Source of the DNA: an uncultured Nitrososphaerota archaeon
GTDB lineage: Archaea > Thermoproteota > Nitrososphaeria > Nitrososphaerales > Nitrosopumilaceae
Reading direction: 5' to 3'
Assembly (NCBI GenBank): GCA_963701075.1
Contig: OY969559.1
Location: 1,312,001-1,376,000 of the forward strand
DNA length: 64,000 nucleotides
Shown: one piece after another, positions 30,604-41,089 of the stretch
Position numbering within the stretch: the stretch's first letter is position 1
Layout: each line of letters begins with the position of its first letter
Made by a program: the position numbers and the translations under genes
The notes under the pieces: generated by a model
Databases searched by the model: none
Told to the model about the DNA's origin: nothing
The model's input: the letters and a program-made list of their open reading frames with translations, nothing else

Positions 30604-31911
30604 CTATTTTGTGAACTTTTCAGTGATCTCTTTTACTATACCTGCAGCAATTGTTGCACCCATGTCCCTGAGAGCAAATCTGCCAAGCTCTGGAAAGTCT
30701 TGGAATGTCTCAATTGGTAATGGTCGTACTGGTTTGATTCTAACAATGGCAGAATCTCCTGCTTTCAAAAATTTTGGATCTTTTTCTTCAATTGCACCTG
30801 ATTGGGGGTTGATCTTGGCCTCAAATGCAACTATAGTAGCCGCAACTTGGGCAGTGTGAGCATGCATTACGGGGGTATAACCTGGTGCAATAGCAGTTGG
30901 GTGGTGAATTACTATGATTTGTGCTCTGAATTCTTTTGCAACATTTGGTGGAGCATCAGGAGTTCCAATTACATCGCCTCTCTTGATATCTTTCTTTTCA
31001 ATGCCTCTGAGATTGAAACCAATGTTGTCTCCCGGCTCTGCGGATTCCATCTGAGTATGATGAGTTTCAATGCTCTTGATTTCTCCTAAAGCGCCAGATG
31101 GCATGACAATTATTTTCATGTTAGGCTTTGCAACTCCAGTCTCTACACGACCTACTGGTACTGTTCCAACACCAGTGATTGTATAGACATCTTGTACTGG
31201 AATTCTAAGTGACTTGTTAGTTGGTTTATCTGGAAGTTTAAAGTCATCAAATGCTTCATACAACGTCTTTCCTGTCCACCAGGGCATGTTTGGTGATTTT
31301 TTTACCAAGTTATCGCCTTTCCAACCAGAAACTGGAATTATTGGAACTTGCTCAAGCTTGTAACCTACTGATTTTAACAGCTTTTCCGCCTTTTCTTTTG
31401 CTACTTTGAAAGCTTGTTCAGAGTAGTTACTGTCATCCATCTTGTTGATGGCTACTGCCAATTGGCCTACTCCTAAGGTTCTAAGCAAGAATGCATGTTC
31501 TCTTGCTTGTCCTCCTGGTGCAGTAGCAGTATCTGTTTCACCTTCCTTTGCAGAAAGTACAAGAACGGCGCAATCTGCTTCTGAAGCTCCCGTGATCATG
31601 TTTTTGATAAAGTCTCTGTGCCCAGGAGCGTCAATTAGTGTAAAGAAGTATTTTGGTGATTCAAACTTTTGAAATGCTAAATCTATTGTAATTCCTCTTT
31701 CTCTTTCGTCTTTGATATTGTCCATTACCCACGCATACTTGAAAGTGTCTCCCTTGCCAGTCTTTTCTGACTCGGCAGCATGTGCAGCTATTGTTCTCTC
31801 GTCTACAAGACCTAATTCCATAAGGAAATGTCCCATTGTTGTAGACTTGCCATTGTCGATGTGACCGACAACGATCATGTTTAAGTGTGGTTTTTTGCTT
31901 GCAGCGCTCAT
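30604..31911 (-). CDS. tuf: Translation elongation factor EF-1 alpha
   Basis: GHIDNGKST, ERERGITID, DAPGHRDF and NKMD. Confidence 0.98.
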   Translation of the reverse strand: MSAASKKPHLNMIVVGHIDNGKSTTMGHFLMELGLVDERTIAAHAAESEKTGKGDTFKYAWVMDNIKDERERGITIDLAFQKFESPKYFFTLIDAPGHRDFIKNMITGASEADCAVLVLSAKEGETDTATAPGGQAREHAFLLRTLGVGQLAVAINKMDDSNYSEQAFKVAKEKAEKLLKSVGYKLEQVPIIPVSGWKGDNLVKKSPNMPWWTGKTLYEAFDDFKLPDKPTNKSLRIPVQDVYTITGVGTVPVGRVETGVAKPNMKIIVMPSGALGEIKSIETHHTQMESAEPGDNIGFNLRGIEKKDIKRGDVIGTPDAPPNVAKEFRAQIIVIHHPTAIAPGYTPVMHAHTAQVAATIVAFEAKINPQSGAIEEKDPKFLKAGDSAIVRIKPVRPLPIETFQDFPELGRFALRDMGATIAAGIVKEITEKFTK

Positions 31912-32042
31912 ACCGAACCATTGAAGACTTGGGCTTTATTACCATTTCGATTTTTTGAAATTGTTTTTGGTAAATTTTCAAGAATTTATGGTCTATCCTT
32001 TTGCTTACCATATTTTTCACATACTATAAATCGAGGATTTTT

Positions 32043-33521
32043 ATGAGTAGTGACACAATGAAAATCACTGTAACTGTAATCAAAGCTGATGTTGGCGGAA
32101 TTGGCGGACATACAAGACCGAGCGATGGACTGCTAAACGCCGTTAGAAATATTGTAAGACCTCAAATGGTCAGAAATGGAAAGGGTCTTTTGATTGATTC
32201 CTACATTGGATATTGTGGCGACGATATTCATATCGTTATGACGCACACTAGAGGAGTTGACAATAGGGAGATCCATCAACTTGCATGGAGATCTTTTGAG
32301 GCAGCTACCCAAGTAGCTAAAAATGAAGGTCTCTACGGCGCAGGCCAAGATCTCTTAAAGGATTCCTTTTCTGGAAATGTGAAAGGAATGGGCCCAGGAG
32401 TGGCTGAAATGACATTTGAAGAAAGACCAAATGAAGCCTTTACAATTTATGCTGCAGACAAAACCGAACCGGGTGCTTTTAACTATCCATTTTACAGAAT
32501 GTTTGTTGACACATTAAGCAATACTGGACTAATTGTTAACCAAAACCTGTCCAGCGGTGTAAAAATAAACGTCATGGATGTAGAGAAGGGTAAAATTGCT
32601 CAACTCCAAATGTGGCAAGACAAGCCAACTCTTGAAGCTGCATTGATGTATCCTGGAAGATATGTTGTTTCAAGTGTATATACAAGAGATAACCAACCAA
32701 TTCTTGCTGCTTCAACCGATCGTTTGCACAACATAGCAGGAAAATATGTTGGCAAAGATGATCCGATTTGCATCATAAGAACACAAAAAGACTTTCCAGC
32801 AACAGAAGAAGTGGGTGCCGCTTTCAATAATCCACACCTTGTTGCAGGAAATACCAGAGGAAGCCATCATGTCCCTCTAATGCCTGTCAAGTTGAATTCT
32901 CCTGCAAGTATCAATTATGCAATACCGATAGTATCTGCATTAGTGTTTAGCATGCATAATGGAAAACTTGTTGGGCCAGTAGATGGATTTGCATCTGCTG
33001 ACTGGGATTACATACGTCAGATAGCTGTGGAAAGAACAATTGCGATTCGAAGTCAAGGTTTTGTACATCCTGCAACTCTCGTACCGTCTGAACTTGAGTA
33101 TGCAGAAGGATACAGAGCTAGGATGAATGTGTTATGGAGTAAAATGAGACCAATTCCAAATTCAAAAGATCATCAATTCCCCAATCCAAAACAGCAGCAA
33201 AGACCTCAAAATAATCCTAGGCCGCCTCAACAACCTAATGTGTCAAAACCAAACACCCAAACTCAGAATATCCAGAGACCTCAAAATAACCAACGACCTC
33301 AACAAAAACAACAATCACAAAGACCACCGCAGAGGTCACCCCAACAGCCTAATGTGTCAAAACCAAACATCCACACTCAAAATATGCCGAGACCTCAAAA
33401 AGCTGTGAACAGTCCACCTGTAAAACCAGTGAAAAGAACAAAGAAGCCTCATCAAACAAAGACTTCTACAACTACCGCGACAACAGAAGCAAAGAAACCT
33501 CAATCTTCAGAGTCAAAGTAA
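32043..33521 (+). CDS. fbp: Fructose-1,6-bisphosphate aldolase/phosphatase with a long Q/P/N-rich C-terminal extension
   Basis: IKADVGGIGGH, YGAGQDLLKD, ADKTEPGAFN and YVGKDDP; low-complexity tail from ~33150. Confidence 0.95.
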   Translation: MSSDTMKITVTVIKADVGGIGGHTRPSDGLLNAVRNIVRPQMVRNGKGLLIDSYIGYCGDDIHIVMTHTRGVDNREIHQLAWRSFEAATQVAKNEGLYGAGQDLLKDSFSGNVKGMGPGVAEMTFEERPNEAFTIYAADKTEPGAFNYPFYRMFVDTLSNTGLIVNQNLSSGVKINVMDVEKGKIAQLQMWQDKPTLEAALMYPGRYVVSSVYTRDNQPILAASTDRLHNIAGKYVGKDDPICIIRTQKDFPATEEVGAAFNNPHLVAGNTRGSHHVPLMPVKLNSPASINYAIPIVSALVFSMHNGKLVGPVDGFASADWDYIRQIAVERTIAIRSQGFVHPATLVPSELEYAEGYRARMNVLWSKMRPIPNSKDHQFPNPKQQQRPQNNPRPPQQPNVSKPNTQTQNIQRPQNNQRPQQKQQSQRPPQRSPQQPNVSKPNIHTQNMPRPQKAVNSPPVKPVKRTKKPHQTKTSTTTATTEAKKPQSSESK

Positions 33522-33572
33522 ATACTTCAACTCAAATTACAATTTTTATTATCGAATTTTTGATATCATCTA

Positions 33573-34085
33573 TTGGCTAGGAAACCTCAAATCTTGATTA
33601 TAGGAAATAATGAAAATGGATTTACCCCTGAGCTTGAAAAGATAGCATACGAAACAGGAGCCGAAGTAGCAAAATCAGGGGCAGTTTTAATCACTGGAGG
33701 TCTTGGCGGTGTGATGAAGGCATCTGCTCACGGTGCAAAGGATGCAGGCGGGCTCACAATTGGAATTATTCCTCAAAATGACGCCTCTTTTGCAAATGAA
33801 TACTGCGACATAGTAGTTCCAAGCGGCATGGGACTTGCAAGGGATTTTCTCACTGCACTTTCTGGTGACGGCGTAATAATTATTGGAGGTGGATCTGGCA
33901 CTCTTTCAGAGGCATGTGCAGCTTACATGCATAAAAGACCTATGGTATCTATAAGAAATACAGGAGGCATTGCAGACAGATACGCTGATCAATACCTAGA
34001 TCATAGACAGCAGGTGAAAATAATCGGAGCGGCAGACCCAAAAGAGGCCGTAAAATTACTTCTAGACAAAATTAATTCAGAATAG
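33573..34085 (+). CDS. TIGR00725/LOG-family Rossmann-fold protein
   Basis: LITGGLGGVM and IGGGSGTLSE. Confidence 0.88.
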   Translation: MARKPQILIIGNNENGFTPELEKIAYETGAEVAKSGAVLITGGLGGVMKASAHGAKDAGGLTIGIIPQNDASFANEYCDIVVPSGMGLARDFLTALSGDGVIIIGGGSGTLSEACAAYMHKRPMVSIRNTGGIADRYADQYLDHRQQVKIIGAADPKEAVKLLLDKINSE

Positions 34086-35214
34086 ATAAAAGGTATGGAT
34101 CTGGCTCATAAAATTTACCATATCTACTAGAGAGTGTTTGTAATTCTCTTACTATTTTTGCCATGCCAAATTCCTTTGCTGTTTCAAATATTGGTTTTCT
34201 TAATCCCATCCCTAGGTTCAATGCTTTTTCTATTTCCGGTATGTCACTTGCTTGGTTTGTTACAAGCCACGCAGCGTTGTTAAGTATGGTTCCAATAATC
34301 TGAGTCGGCTCAATTTTTTTTGCCAATTCTTCTGTCAAGTTAATGCGTTCATATTTTTCCCCAGTATATTCATAAAAGCCACTACCTGTCTTTTGACCAA
34401 ATTTTTTCTGATCAAATAATTTCTGAATCAATGGGTGTGGATTAATTACTTTCTTGTCTCTAGAATACATCTCAATTGTTGCTTTATGAATTACATCTAG
34501 GCCTGTAAAATCAGCGAGCTCGAATATTCCCATTGGAAAATGCAACGTGAATTTCACGGCAGAGTCTATCTCAGTCATGGAAGCTTTTGTCCTATCCATT
34601 GTCCAAACAGCTTCATGAACGAGAGGAATGAATATTCTATTTACAATAAATCCCACTACATCTTTTCTGCATAAGACAGGTTCTTTTGACACGGATTTTA
34701 CAAAATTCATTGTTAAATCCACAATCTCTTGTGTAGTTTTTTGTCCTGGGATAACCTCGACCAATTTCATCAGTTGAGGCGGATTAAAGAAATGAATTCC
34801 AATGAATCTTTCAGGTCTGCTTGTAATATTGGCGATTTCTGTGATTGGAAGGGTGCTGGTATTTGATGCATAAACTGTATTCTTATTTGCCACCGCGTCG
34901 ACTTCTGCATATACTTTCTTTTTCAAATCCATGATTTCAGGAACTGCCTCGATCATTAAATCACAATTCTTCAATGCTTTACCAAGATCAACTTCTGGAG
35001 TTATTCTTGAAAATATTTTATGCGATTCCTCTTCTGAAATTTTCTGTTTTGATACCAGTTTATCTAGACTCCACTTGATCTTTTCCATGGCCTTGTCTAG
35101 AAATTGCTGTTCGATATCACGCAGTATGACGTTGTATCCCGACATAGCTGAAACTTGAGCAATACCATGTCCCATTATGCCAGAACCCAAAACGGTGATA
35201 TTCTTTATGGCCAT
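34072..35214 (-). CDS. 3-hydroxyacyl-CoA dehydrogenase (probably the 3-hydroxybutyryl-CoA dehydrogenase of the HP/HB cycle)
   Basis: VLGSGIMGHGIAQ, IEAVPE, ASNTST and HFFNP. Confidence 0.92.
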   Translation of the reverse strand: MAIKNITVLGSGIMGHGIAQVSAMSGYNVILRDIEQQFLDKAMEKIKWSLDKLVSKQKISEEESHKIFSRITPEVDLGKALKNCDLMIEAVPEIMDLKKKVYAEVDAVANKNTVYASNTSTLPITEIANITSRPERFIGIHFFNPPQLMKLVEVIPGQKTTQEIVDLTMNFVKSVSKEPVLCRKDVVGFIVNRIFIPLVHEAVWTMDRTKASMTEIDSAVKFTLHFPMGIFELADFTGLDVIHKATIEMYSRDKKVINPHPLIQKLFDQKKFGQKTGSGFYEYTGEKYERINLTEELAKKIEPTQIIGTILNNAAWLVTNQASDIPEIEKALNLGMGLRKPIFETAKEFGMAKIVRELQTLSSRYGKFYEPDPYLLSILN

Positions 35215-35260
35215 GTTGAAATTTTGTGAAGGTATCCCTTTGTAAGTTATTCGGTCAGTG

Positions 35261-35533
35261 TCAAAGACTGTCTATTATTGACTTTAGATGAGATGGGAGT
35301 TGAGGTAGTTCCCCTATGTGACTTACGTTATTTTGAAGAATGTCTGGACCTATTCTCCTCACCTGTTGAGTAGCAATAAGTGTTGCAATACTTCTGTCTA
35401 TGTCTTTCTGCCGCAATATTGTTTTGAGTTTTTCCAGCAGGATGTTTTCGTTCTCATATTTGCTTATTGCGTATTGTAAGAGTATCAATTTATCATTGCT
35501 AGAGAGATCTTCCATAAAGAAAATCCATTTCAT
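35261..35533 (-). CDS. Hypothetical protein
   Basis: 90-aa ORF; no recognised motif. Confidence 0.6.
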   Translation of the reverse strand: MKWIFFMEDLSSNDKLILLQYAISKYENENILLEKLKTILRQKDIDRSIATLIATQQVRRIGPDILQNNVSHIGELPQLPSHLKSIIDSL

Positions 35534-35628
35534 ACTTCATAAAAAATGTTTTTAAAAATTAGTTAACCAATTGCATCGCTAGTCACCCATATTCTTAAAA
35601 CCTAGCAACAGTTGAACACTACTATATT

Positions 35629-36288
35629 TTGGACATTGAGAAATTTACGGATGATGTGTATACCGTAGCAGAAAAACTAACGCGGGAGAAAACTCCTGAA
35701 ATGAAATCACGAATAAATTTTGTGCGTGAACGACTCATTGAATTGTACCAAAAAAATCTTGTTAAAATTAATCATTCCGTATTAGAAATAATCTGTGCAT
35801 CAAATCTCATTACGCAGGGTTATTCGGTTGATATAGAAAAACATCTTTCTGATATTCTTGTTTGCGATGTGTTTGCTACCAAAGGAGACGGGACATTTAT
35901 CATGGAAATTGAAACTGGATTTACTCCTCCTGATCATGCATTGGATACTATTGATTATTATGTTGCAAGAATAGCAAGTAAAATTGCCAGGTATAGTCAG
36001 TTTTGCTCAAAGTTTGCTCTTGCTACCCCAGTTGTCGGTATATTGCCAATCCCGAAGATCTTTCTTAAACCTCCGAGCAAGAGAACGGCAGATGAGATTC
36101 AGAAGATGAAAGAACTTTGCGATAGGTTTTACAAAAATCCACCAATAGAGGTGAATGACATATTGAATGCTAGATTGCATTCTGTTTATCTAATTAATAT
36201 TGACAAATGTTTTGCAAAACAACTTGATCCATATACCTATCTTGAAATCATTGGTAAATTACAAGAAGCAAGTGAACTAGATTTGTGA
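35629..36288 (+). CDS. Hypothetical protein with a PD-(D/E)XK-like motif
   Basis: VCDVFATK...FIMEIETG. Confidence 0.7.
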   Translation: MDIEKFTDDVYTVAEKLTREKTPEMKSRINFVRERLIELYQKNLVKINHSVLEIICASNLITQGYSVDIEKHLSDILVCDVFATKGDGTFIMEIETGFTPPDHALDTIDYYVARIASKIARYSQFCSKFALATPVVGILPIPKIFLKPPSKRTADEIQKMKELCDRFYKNPPIEVNDILNARLHSVYLINIDKCFAKQLDPYTYLEIIGKLQEASELDL

Positions 36289-36732
36289 ATTGGTTCGTAA
36301 TGCTTCCATAGTTGCTTGCTTCCTATATTCAAAAATCTCAGAGAGAAGCCGCATTACATACCCTTCAAAAAACTTTCCTATAATTCCGTAATGTAATTGA
36401 AAATCAATTCGGTCTATTATCTCTGTACTAGTATCATTTATTTTATTGAATTTGTGTAGATGTTTCCATGTTTTGAATCTGCCGCTAATCATTTCATCTA
36501 CATATTCATATGGTTTCAAATATGTTATTTTTGAATGCCATTTTGAATCCATAATCAGTTTGGCTTGTAGCCAGGCTTCAGTGCCTTCTTCTAGAATGTC
36601 ATTCTCGCTCTTGAGAATTTCTATTTTCATTTTTTTAGGAGTAATTATTTTCAAATGATTGATGTTTGTATAAAACTTCCAGACTTTGTCAACATTAGAA
36701 TTGACAACAAATGTATGTTTGAAATGCTTCAT
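36277..36732 (-). CDS. SRPBCC family protein
   Basis: VWKF...LKIITP, VDEMISGRFKTWKHLHKF and IFEYR. Confidence 0.85.
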   Translation of the reverse strand: MKHFKHTFVVNSNVDKVWKFYTNINHLKIITPKKMKIEILKSENDILEEGTEAWLQAKLIMDSKWHSKITYLKPYEYVDEMISGRFKTWKHLHKFNKINDTSTEIIDRIDFQLHYGIIGKFFEGYVMRLLSEIFEYRKQATMEALRTNSQI

Positions 36733-36743
36733 GATTTTTCACT

Positions 36744-36878
36744 CTAGTTTGTTCCAACATTTATATTTCTACGATTATTTGCACAATTTTTTATTTCTTC
36801 TGGAGTATGATCTTTTATGGGTTTACCGCACATAGCGCATGTCGGTGTTGATTGAATAGGTTTACGCTCAAATTTCAA
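36744..36878 (-). CDS. Small CxxC..H..C zinc-binding protein (44 aa)
   Basis: MKFERKPIQSTPTCAMCGKPIKDHTPEEIKNCANNRRNINVGTN; TTG start. Confidence 0.55.
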   Translation of the reverse strand: MKFERKPIQSTPTCAMCGKPIKDHTPEEIKNCANNRRNINVGTN

Positions 36879-36921
36879 TAAAATAAATAGTTACATATGA
36901 AAATATAATCTCTAACATTTT

Positions 36922-37269
36922 CTAGGCATGACGCTTTAAAGAATTTTCAAGTTGAAGTATGGCGCGTAGGATCAGACCAGACATTCCAAGGTGCAATGTT
37001 AGAAAAGTAGCTGCCTCTTCTAGTGCATTTTCCCCTCTATATCCTTCATCATATGTCATTTCAATCGAATCTTTATCAGTTCCAACATATACCGTCAGCA
37101 GAGAATATGATCCAAGTTTTGGATCCTTTTTTTGTAGGTATAGATTAAGATGCACATCTTTGATCTCATATCCGTTTTGCATGAAACTTCCTGATGACAT
37201 TAAAACTATTGTTTTGTCAGGCAATTTGATTATTCTCTTAGGGTCTATCACATCTATTATCTTCAACAA
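36922..37269 (-). CDS. Hypothetical protein
   Basis: 115-aa ORF; no recognised motif. Confidence 0.65.
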   Translation of the reverse strand: MLKIIDVIDPKRIIKLPDKTIVLMSSGSFMQNGYEIKDVHLNLYLQKKDPKLGSYSLLTVYVGTDKDSIEMTYDEGYRGENALEEAATFLTLHLGMSGLILRAILQLENSLKRHA

Positions 37270-37440
37270 ACAAAATGTGCATATCTTTCTAAATAATCCT
37301 ATTGTATGAAAAATTTTAAAATTAATTATTTGTATTTGAATTGCCGTTTTCTATATCTTTTATGCCATAAGGGCGTATTGATAAGATAAAAAGCATTATT
37401 TTTAGTAATACGACAGTTTAGGAAATTGAATCTTGAAATG

Positions 37441-37692
37441 TTATTCGTCGTCTACAGTGCCGCCCTGACCGTATATTACCGGCATGGTAATGGTACTTGT
37501 CACATGGGCAACGTTTCTTACCTTTGATATGGCGGTATCAACCTTTGTAGGATCTTTTGCCTCAATCTTTACAAACACATCGTATTTCCCCATGACTCCG
37601 TTTACTTCTATCACATCTGTAAGACTTTTTGTTTTTGAAATCACTTCTTTCTCGTTTCCAGGTACACATGTTACTAAAATGTATGCAATCAT
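37441..37692 (-). CDS. Lrp/AsnC ligand-binding (RAM) domain protein
   Basis: AYILVTC...VMGKYDVFVKI...TSTITM. Confidence 0.88.
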   Translation of the reverse strand: MIAYILVTCVPGNEKEVISKTKSLTDVIEVNGVMGKYDVFVKIEAKDPTKVDTAISKVRNVAHVTSTITMPVIYGQGGTVDDE

Positions 37693-37723
37693 ATTGTCTC
37701 GACATGATTTGCTCTTAAATAAC

Positions 37724-38527
37724 TTATCTGAGATGATGAAGTGATCTATTTTGTGAGAAAACCATTATGACCGTCAGTATGCTTAATGCCAAGATCAACG
37801 TTGCAGTTGTTCCAAATTCAGGAATTACAACAGTGCCTGTCAGGGTAAGTTCGTTTGTTCCAGACTGCATTGGACAATCAAGAATTCTTTCTACGTCTGA
37901 CTCGGTTTGAGTGCAGTCAATATCGTTTCCATTCTCTTTTACATCTATCTGTCCACCAGGCGTATCAATCACATATTTTGGAATTTGATATTCCTCCAAG
38001 ATGGAACCATTTTGTATCTTGGTCGTGTTAACCTGAATGGTAATAGAATTGTCGACTGTTGAAACCTCGACATTTCCATATTCTACAAGACTGGTGTTTT
38101 CTCCACGAACTTTTATCTCGCTATCAAATACAGGAATTATTTGTATCTGTCCTACAGTTACTCGGAATTGAATTTGAGTTGTTTCACTGCTTTGTCTTAT
38201 GTTGACTGTATAGATGCCTCCCTGTGCATCATCACTCAATACAAAATCATGCGAAAATACGTTATTAAGTAATGCTGTTTGACCTACTTCGTATACATTT
38301 CCAATAGGGTTTCGTACTATTATGGTAACTGGGTTTTCGTTTGTTGGTTGTTGTACCGTACCTGAAATTGTCACCTTATTGCCAGGCTCATAGGATTGTT
38401 TATTGGTACTTGCAGATATTCCTGTGGGGCTTTGAGCGTATGTGGAATTCATAGATATGAGAGTCATGCATAAAACAAGAAGGATTCCTATCTTTAGCCC
38501 ATGCATTGGCAGTTTTGATAGTTTCAT
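37724..38527 (-). CDS. PEFG-CTERM sorting-domain surface protein
   Basis: Signal peptide, TNKQSYEPG, and C-terminal GTVVIPEFG plus TM. Confidence 0.9.
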   Translation of the reverse strand: MKLSKLPMHGLKIGILLVLCMTLISMNSTYAQSPTGISASTNKQSYEPGNKVTISGTVQQPTNENPVTIIVRNPIGNVYEVGQTALLNNVFSHDFVLSDDAQGGIYTVNIRQSSETTQIQFRVTVGQIQIIPVFDSEIKVRGENTSLVEYGNVEVSTVDNSITIQVNTTKIQNGSILEEYQIPKYVIDTPGGQIDVKENGNDIDCTQTESDVERILDCPMQSGTNELTLTGTVVIPEFGTTATLILALSILTVIMVFSQNRSLHHLR

Positions 38528-38562
38528 GGTATTTAACTGTAGATTTAGGTCATCTGCTTTTT

Positions 38563-38871
38563 CTATGTGAATCTCTCAATTGATTTTAGTTTGTCTTCAA
38601 GAGAGTGATTCTTGTCTCTCCTCTCATCAATCTTGAGAATTGTCTCTACTCGAGTCACCCCCATCGCAAATATTGCGTTTGTAACAACTTTGGACGCCTC
38701 AAAGATCTTGTCAATGTCGTCTGATTCAATCATCGTCCCCATAGGAGTTACCTGATATCTTATTCCATCAATTTTCTTCAAACTCTTTAGACCGTTTGCA
38801 ATGTATTTGCCTAAGCTTGGTGACGACGTACCTATTGGAAGAACTCCAATCTCAGCATGAATTTTTGTCAT
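38563..38871 (-). CDS. MTH1187 family thiamine-binding protein
   Basis: VLPIGT, YQVTPMGTMIE and LKIDERRD. Confidence 0.9.
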   Translation of the reverse strand: MTKIHAEIGVLPIGTSSPSLGKYIANGLKSLKKIDGIRYQVTPMGTMIESDDIDKIFEASKVVTNAIFAMGVTRVETILKIDERRDKNHSLEDKLKSIERFT

Positions 38872-38916
38872 GATACAATGGTGTTTTTTGTTCTTTAAAA
38901 TAATTATGTAGTTTAT

Positions 38917-40422
38917 CTATAAGAAGGCATCAAGACCTGTTTTTGAAGTCATGCTTTGGTTTTCAAGAATCTTTGACATTTTTTCACCCATCTTCTTTGC
39001 CGCGCTTACCTTTCGCTTACCTATCCAGTAATAAGTTTCATCAGTTGTATCTTTGGCAATTAAAACTATTAATTTTCCATAATCTTTTCTGCCTGTACGG
39101 CCTTTTCGCTGAACATAACGAATAGAGCTTGGCACATTATCAAAAAAGATGACCGTATTTACTTCTGAAATATCGAGACCTTCTTCCCCCACTCTTGTAG
39201 CAATCAGCACCTTGTACTGTCCATCTCTGAATTTCTGAACTGTCTCGATCTGTTTTTTCTGCTTGAGTCCAGTCTCTCCTGCCTTTCCTATTAGAAATCC
39301 TGCCTGAATATTCATCTCGATTAGTTTTTGATATATTACTTCAACAGAGTCTCTATAACTTGTAAATACCAAGGCTTTTCCCGAAAGACCATTCAATATT
39401 TCTTTTAATTTTGTGATCTTTGAATGTTCAATGCCTTTTTGTTGAGCTTCCTTTGCCAGACGTATAGATTTTCCAAAGTTTAAATCATTTTCAAATAGGT
39501 CTCGTATGCCTACTCCTTTTTTCTCACGAGTCCTATCACAGAATCGCAGAAACGATGTTACTCCATGCGATTCCAATACGTTCAAGGCGTGAATCAGTCT
39601 TATTGACGTAAAAAGGGGTTTGGCAGCTCTTCGATTCTGTCTTAGGACAAAGTCCCTAACACGAAGAAGTTCGGATAATGATTGGGTGCTGGATAAATTC
39701 AACCCCAGCCGTCTTAGTTCATCATATCTTGAGTCTATTGCTGCCCTGATACAAGATTGAATTTGCTTCATCTCATATGGAAGCTCAACACTGATCCACT
39801 GGGTATCTGTCTGTTGTACATATGGACTTACATCTGGACTTTCTTCTGTTCGTTGTGCAATACTTGAAATTTTCAATGTCTGGAGTATTTCTGAAGCTTT
39901 ATCTCTTTCACTTGGTAATGTGGCAGTCATTCCAACGATTCTCACATTCATGTTTGCAAATCTTTCCGCAATCCCGGCATATGCGTAATCTCCTATTGTC
40001 CTATGGGCCTCATCAAATATTATTAAAGCAAATTGTGACGGCAAAACAAGTTGCCTGTCTAGATCATTTTTCACGATTTCAGGGGTTGCACAAATTATAC
40101 TGTTTATCCAGAGCTTTTTTCTTTTAGTTATTGGATCCTCTCCAGTTATGAGAGCTATGTCATCTATGAGTATGTTTGATTTCAGGAATTCATAATGCTG
40201 GTGCGCCAATACTCTTGTCGGTGCTAGAAATAACACACCGCCAATTTTTTTGGAAAGAAATTCGATTATTACTTGAAGAGCGACAGTAGTTTTACCAAGA
40301 CCTGTTGGAAGTACTACTAGACAATTATCCGAAATGGCCTGTCTTGCCAAATTGACTTGATATTCCCTATATTCAATAGAAGATTTTTTGACAAGTGGAT
40401 GTTCTATGTATTGTTGATTCAA
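38917..40422 (-). CDS. Hef/FANCM-like SF2 helicase without a nuclease domain
   Basis: REYQ, LPTGLGKT, DEAH, TAT, GEEGLDI and QRKGRTGR. Confidence 0.92.
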   Translation of the reverse strand: MNQQYIEHPLVKKSSIEYREYQVNLARQAISDNCLVVLPTGLGKTTVALQVIIEFLSKKIGGVLFLAPTRVLAHQHYEFLKSNILIDDIALITGEDPITKRKKLWINSIICATPEIVKNDLDRQLVLPSQFALIIFDEAHRTIGDYAYAGIAERFANMNVRIVGMTATLPSERDKASEILQTLKISSIAQRTEESPDVSPYVQQTDTQWISVELPYEMKQIQSCIRAAIDSRYDELRRLGLNLSSTQSLSELLRVRDFVLRQNRRAAKPLFTSIRLIHALNVLESHGVTSFLRFCDRTREKKGVGIRDLFENDLNFGKSIRLAKEAQQKGIEHSKITKLKEILNGLSGKALVFTSYRDSVEVIYQKLIEMNIQAGFLIGKAGETGLKQKKQIETVQKFRDGQYKVLIATRVGEEGLDISEVNTVIFFDNVPSSIRYVQRKGRTGRKDYGKLIVLIAKDTTDETYYWIGKRKVSAAKKMGEKMSKILENQSMTSKTGLDAFL

Positions 40423-40525
40423 ACATCTTCAAGTTGTCGTCTATGGGTAAAAATGTTCGTTCAAGCTGATTGTTACTTGCAGCTCACATCTTTGTGATCT
40501 CACAAGTCTTTGTAGATCTTATATT

Positions 40526-41083
40526 ATGGCGAGTTACAATCCTTTTGTGAAAAAGGAGTTTGAGCGCCCAACTTGGGATGAGTATTTCATTCTTCAGGCA
40601 GAGCTTGCAAAATTACGATCTAATTGCATTACAAGACAGGTTGGCGCCGTCATAGTTAGGGAAAACAGGCAGATTGCTACTGGATATAATGGCACTCCGC
40701 CCGGAGTCAAAAATTGCTATGAAGGGGGGTGTAAACGATGCCAATTGCGTGCAGAAGGAAAAATTGCCTCTGGAGAAGCATTAGACAGATGCATATGTAA
40801 TCATGCAGAGGCAAACGCCATAATGCACTGCGCAATTCTCGGGGTAGGTTCAGGTACAAAAGATACTACGTTGTATACCACATTTGTGACATGTTTAGAA
40901 TGTAGCAAAATGGCCATAACCGTAGGTATTAGAAGAATTGTATGCCTTGGCTCATATCCGGAGACAGATTATCAGCTTTTAAAAGATGCAAAGGTCGAGG
41001 TAGTTGTTCTAGACAAGAGCAGAATAAATCGTTGGATCAAAGTATTGCTTGAAGAACCAGCAACTAACTTGATGCCAAAGTGA
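40526..41083 (+). CDS. dCMP deaminase family protein
   Basis: RPTWDEYF, TGYNG, HAEANAI and CLEC. Confidence 0.92.
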   Translation: MASYNPFVKKEFERPTWDEYFILQAELAKLRSNCITRQVGAVIVRENRQIATGYNGTPPGVKNCYEGGCKRCQLRAEGKIASGEALDRCICNHAEANAIMHCAILGVGSGTKDTTLYTTFVTCLECSKMAITVGIRRIVCLGSYPETDYQLLKDAKVEVVVLDKSRINRWIKVLLEEPATNLMPK

Positions 41084-41089
41084 GATGAC

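Noticed and set aside
35629-36288. PD-(D/E)XK-like ORF as a defence nuclease or the cognate AGCT restriction enzyme
   Set aside because: No methyltransferase or defence genes are nearby and it sits among housekeeping genes; the motif alone is insufficient.
38917-40422. Hef helicase lacking its ERCC4 nuclease domain as a truncation
   Set aside because: The gene ends in a clean PIP-like motif (KTGLDAFL), and a helicase-only form is what I would expect in this lineage.
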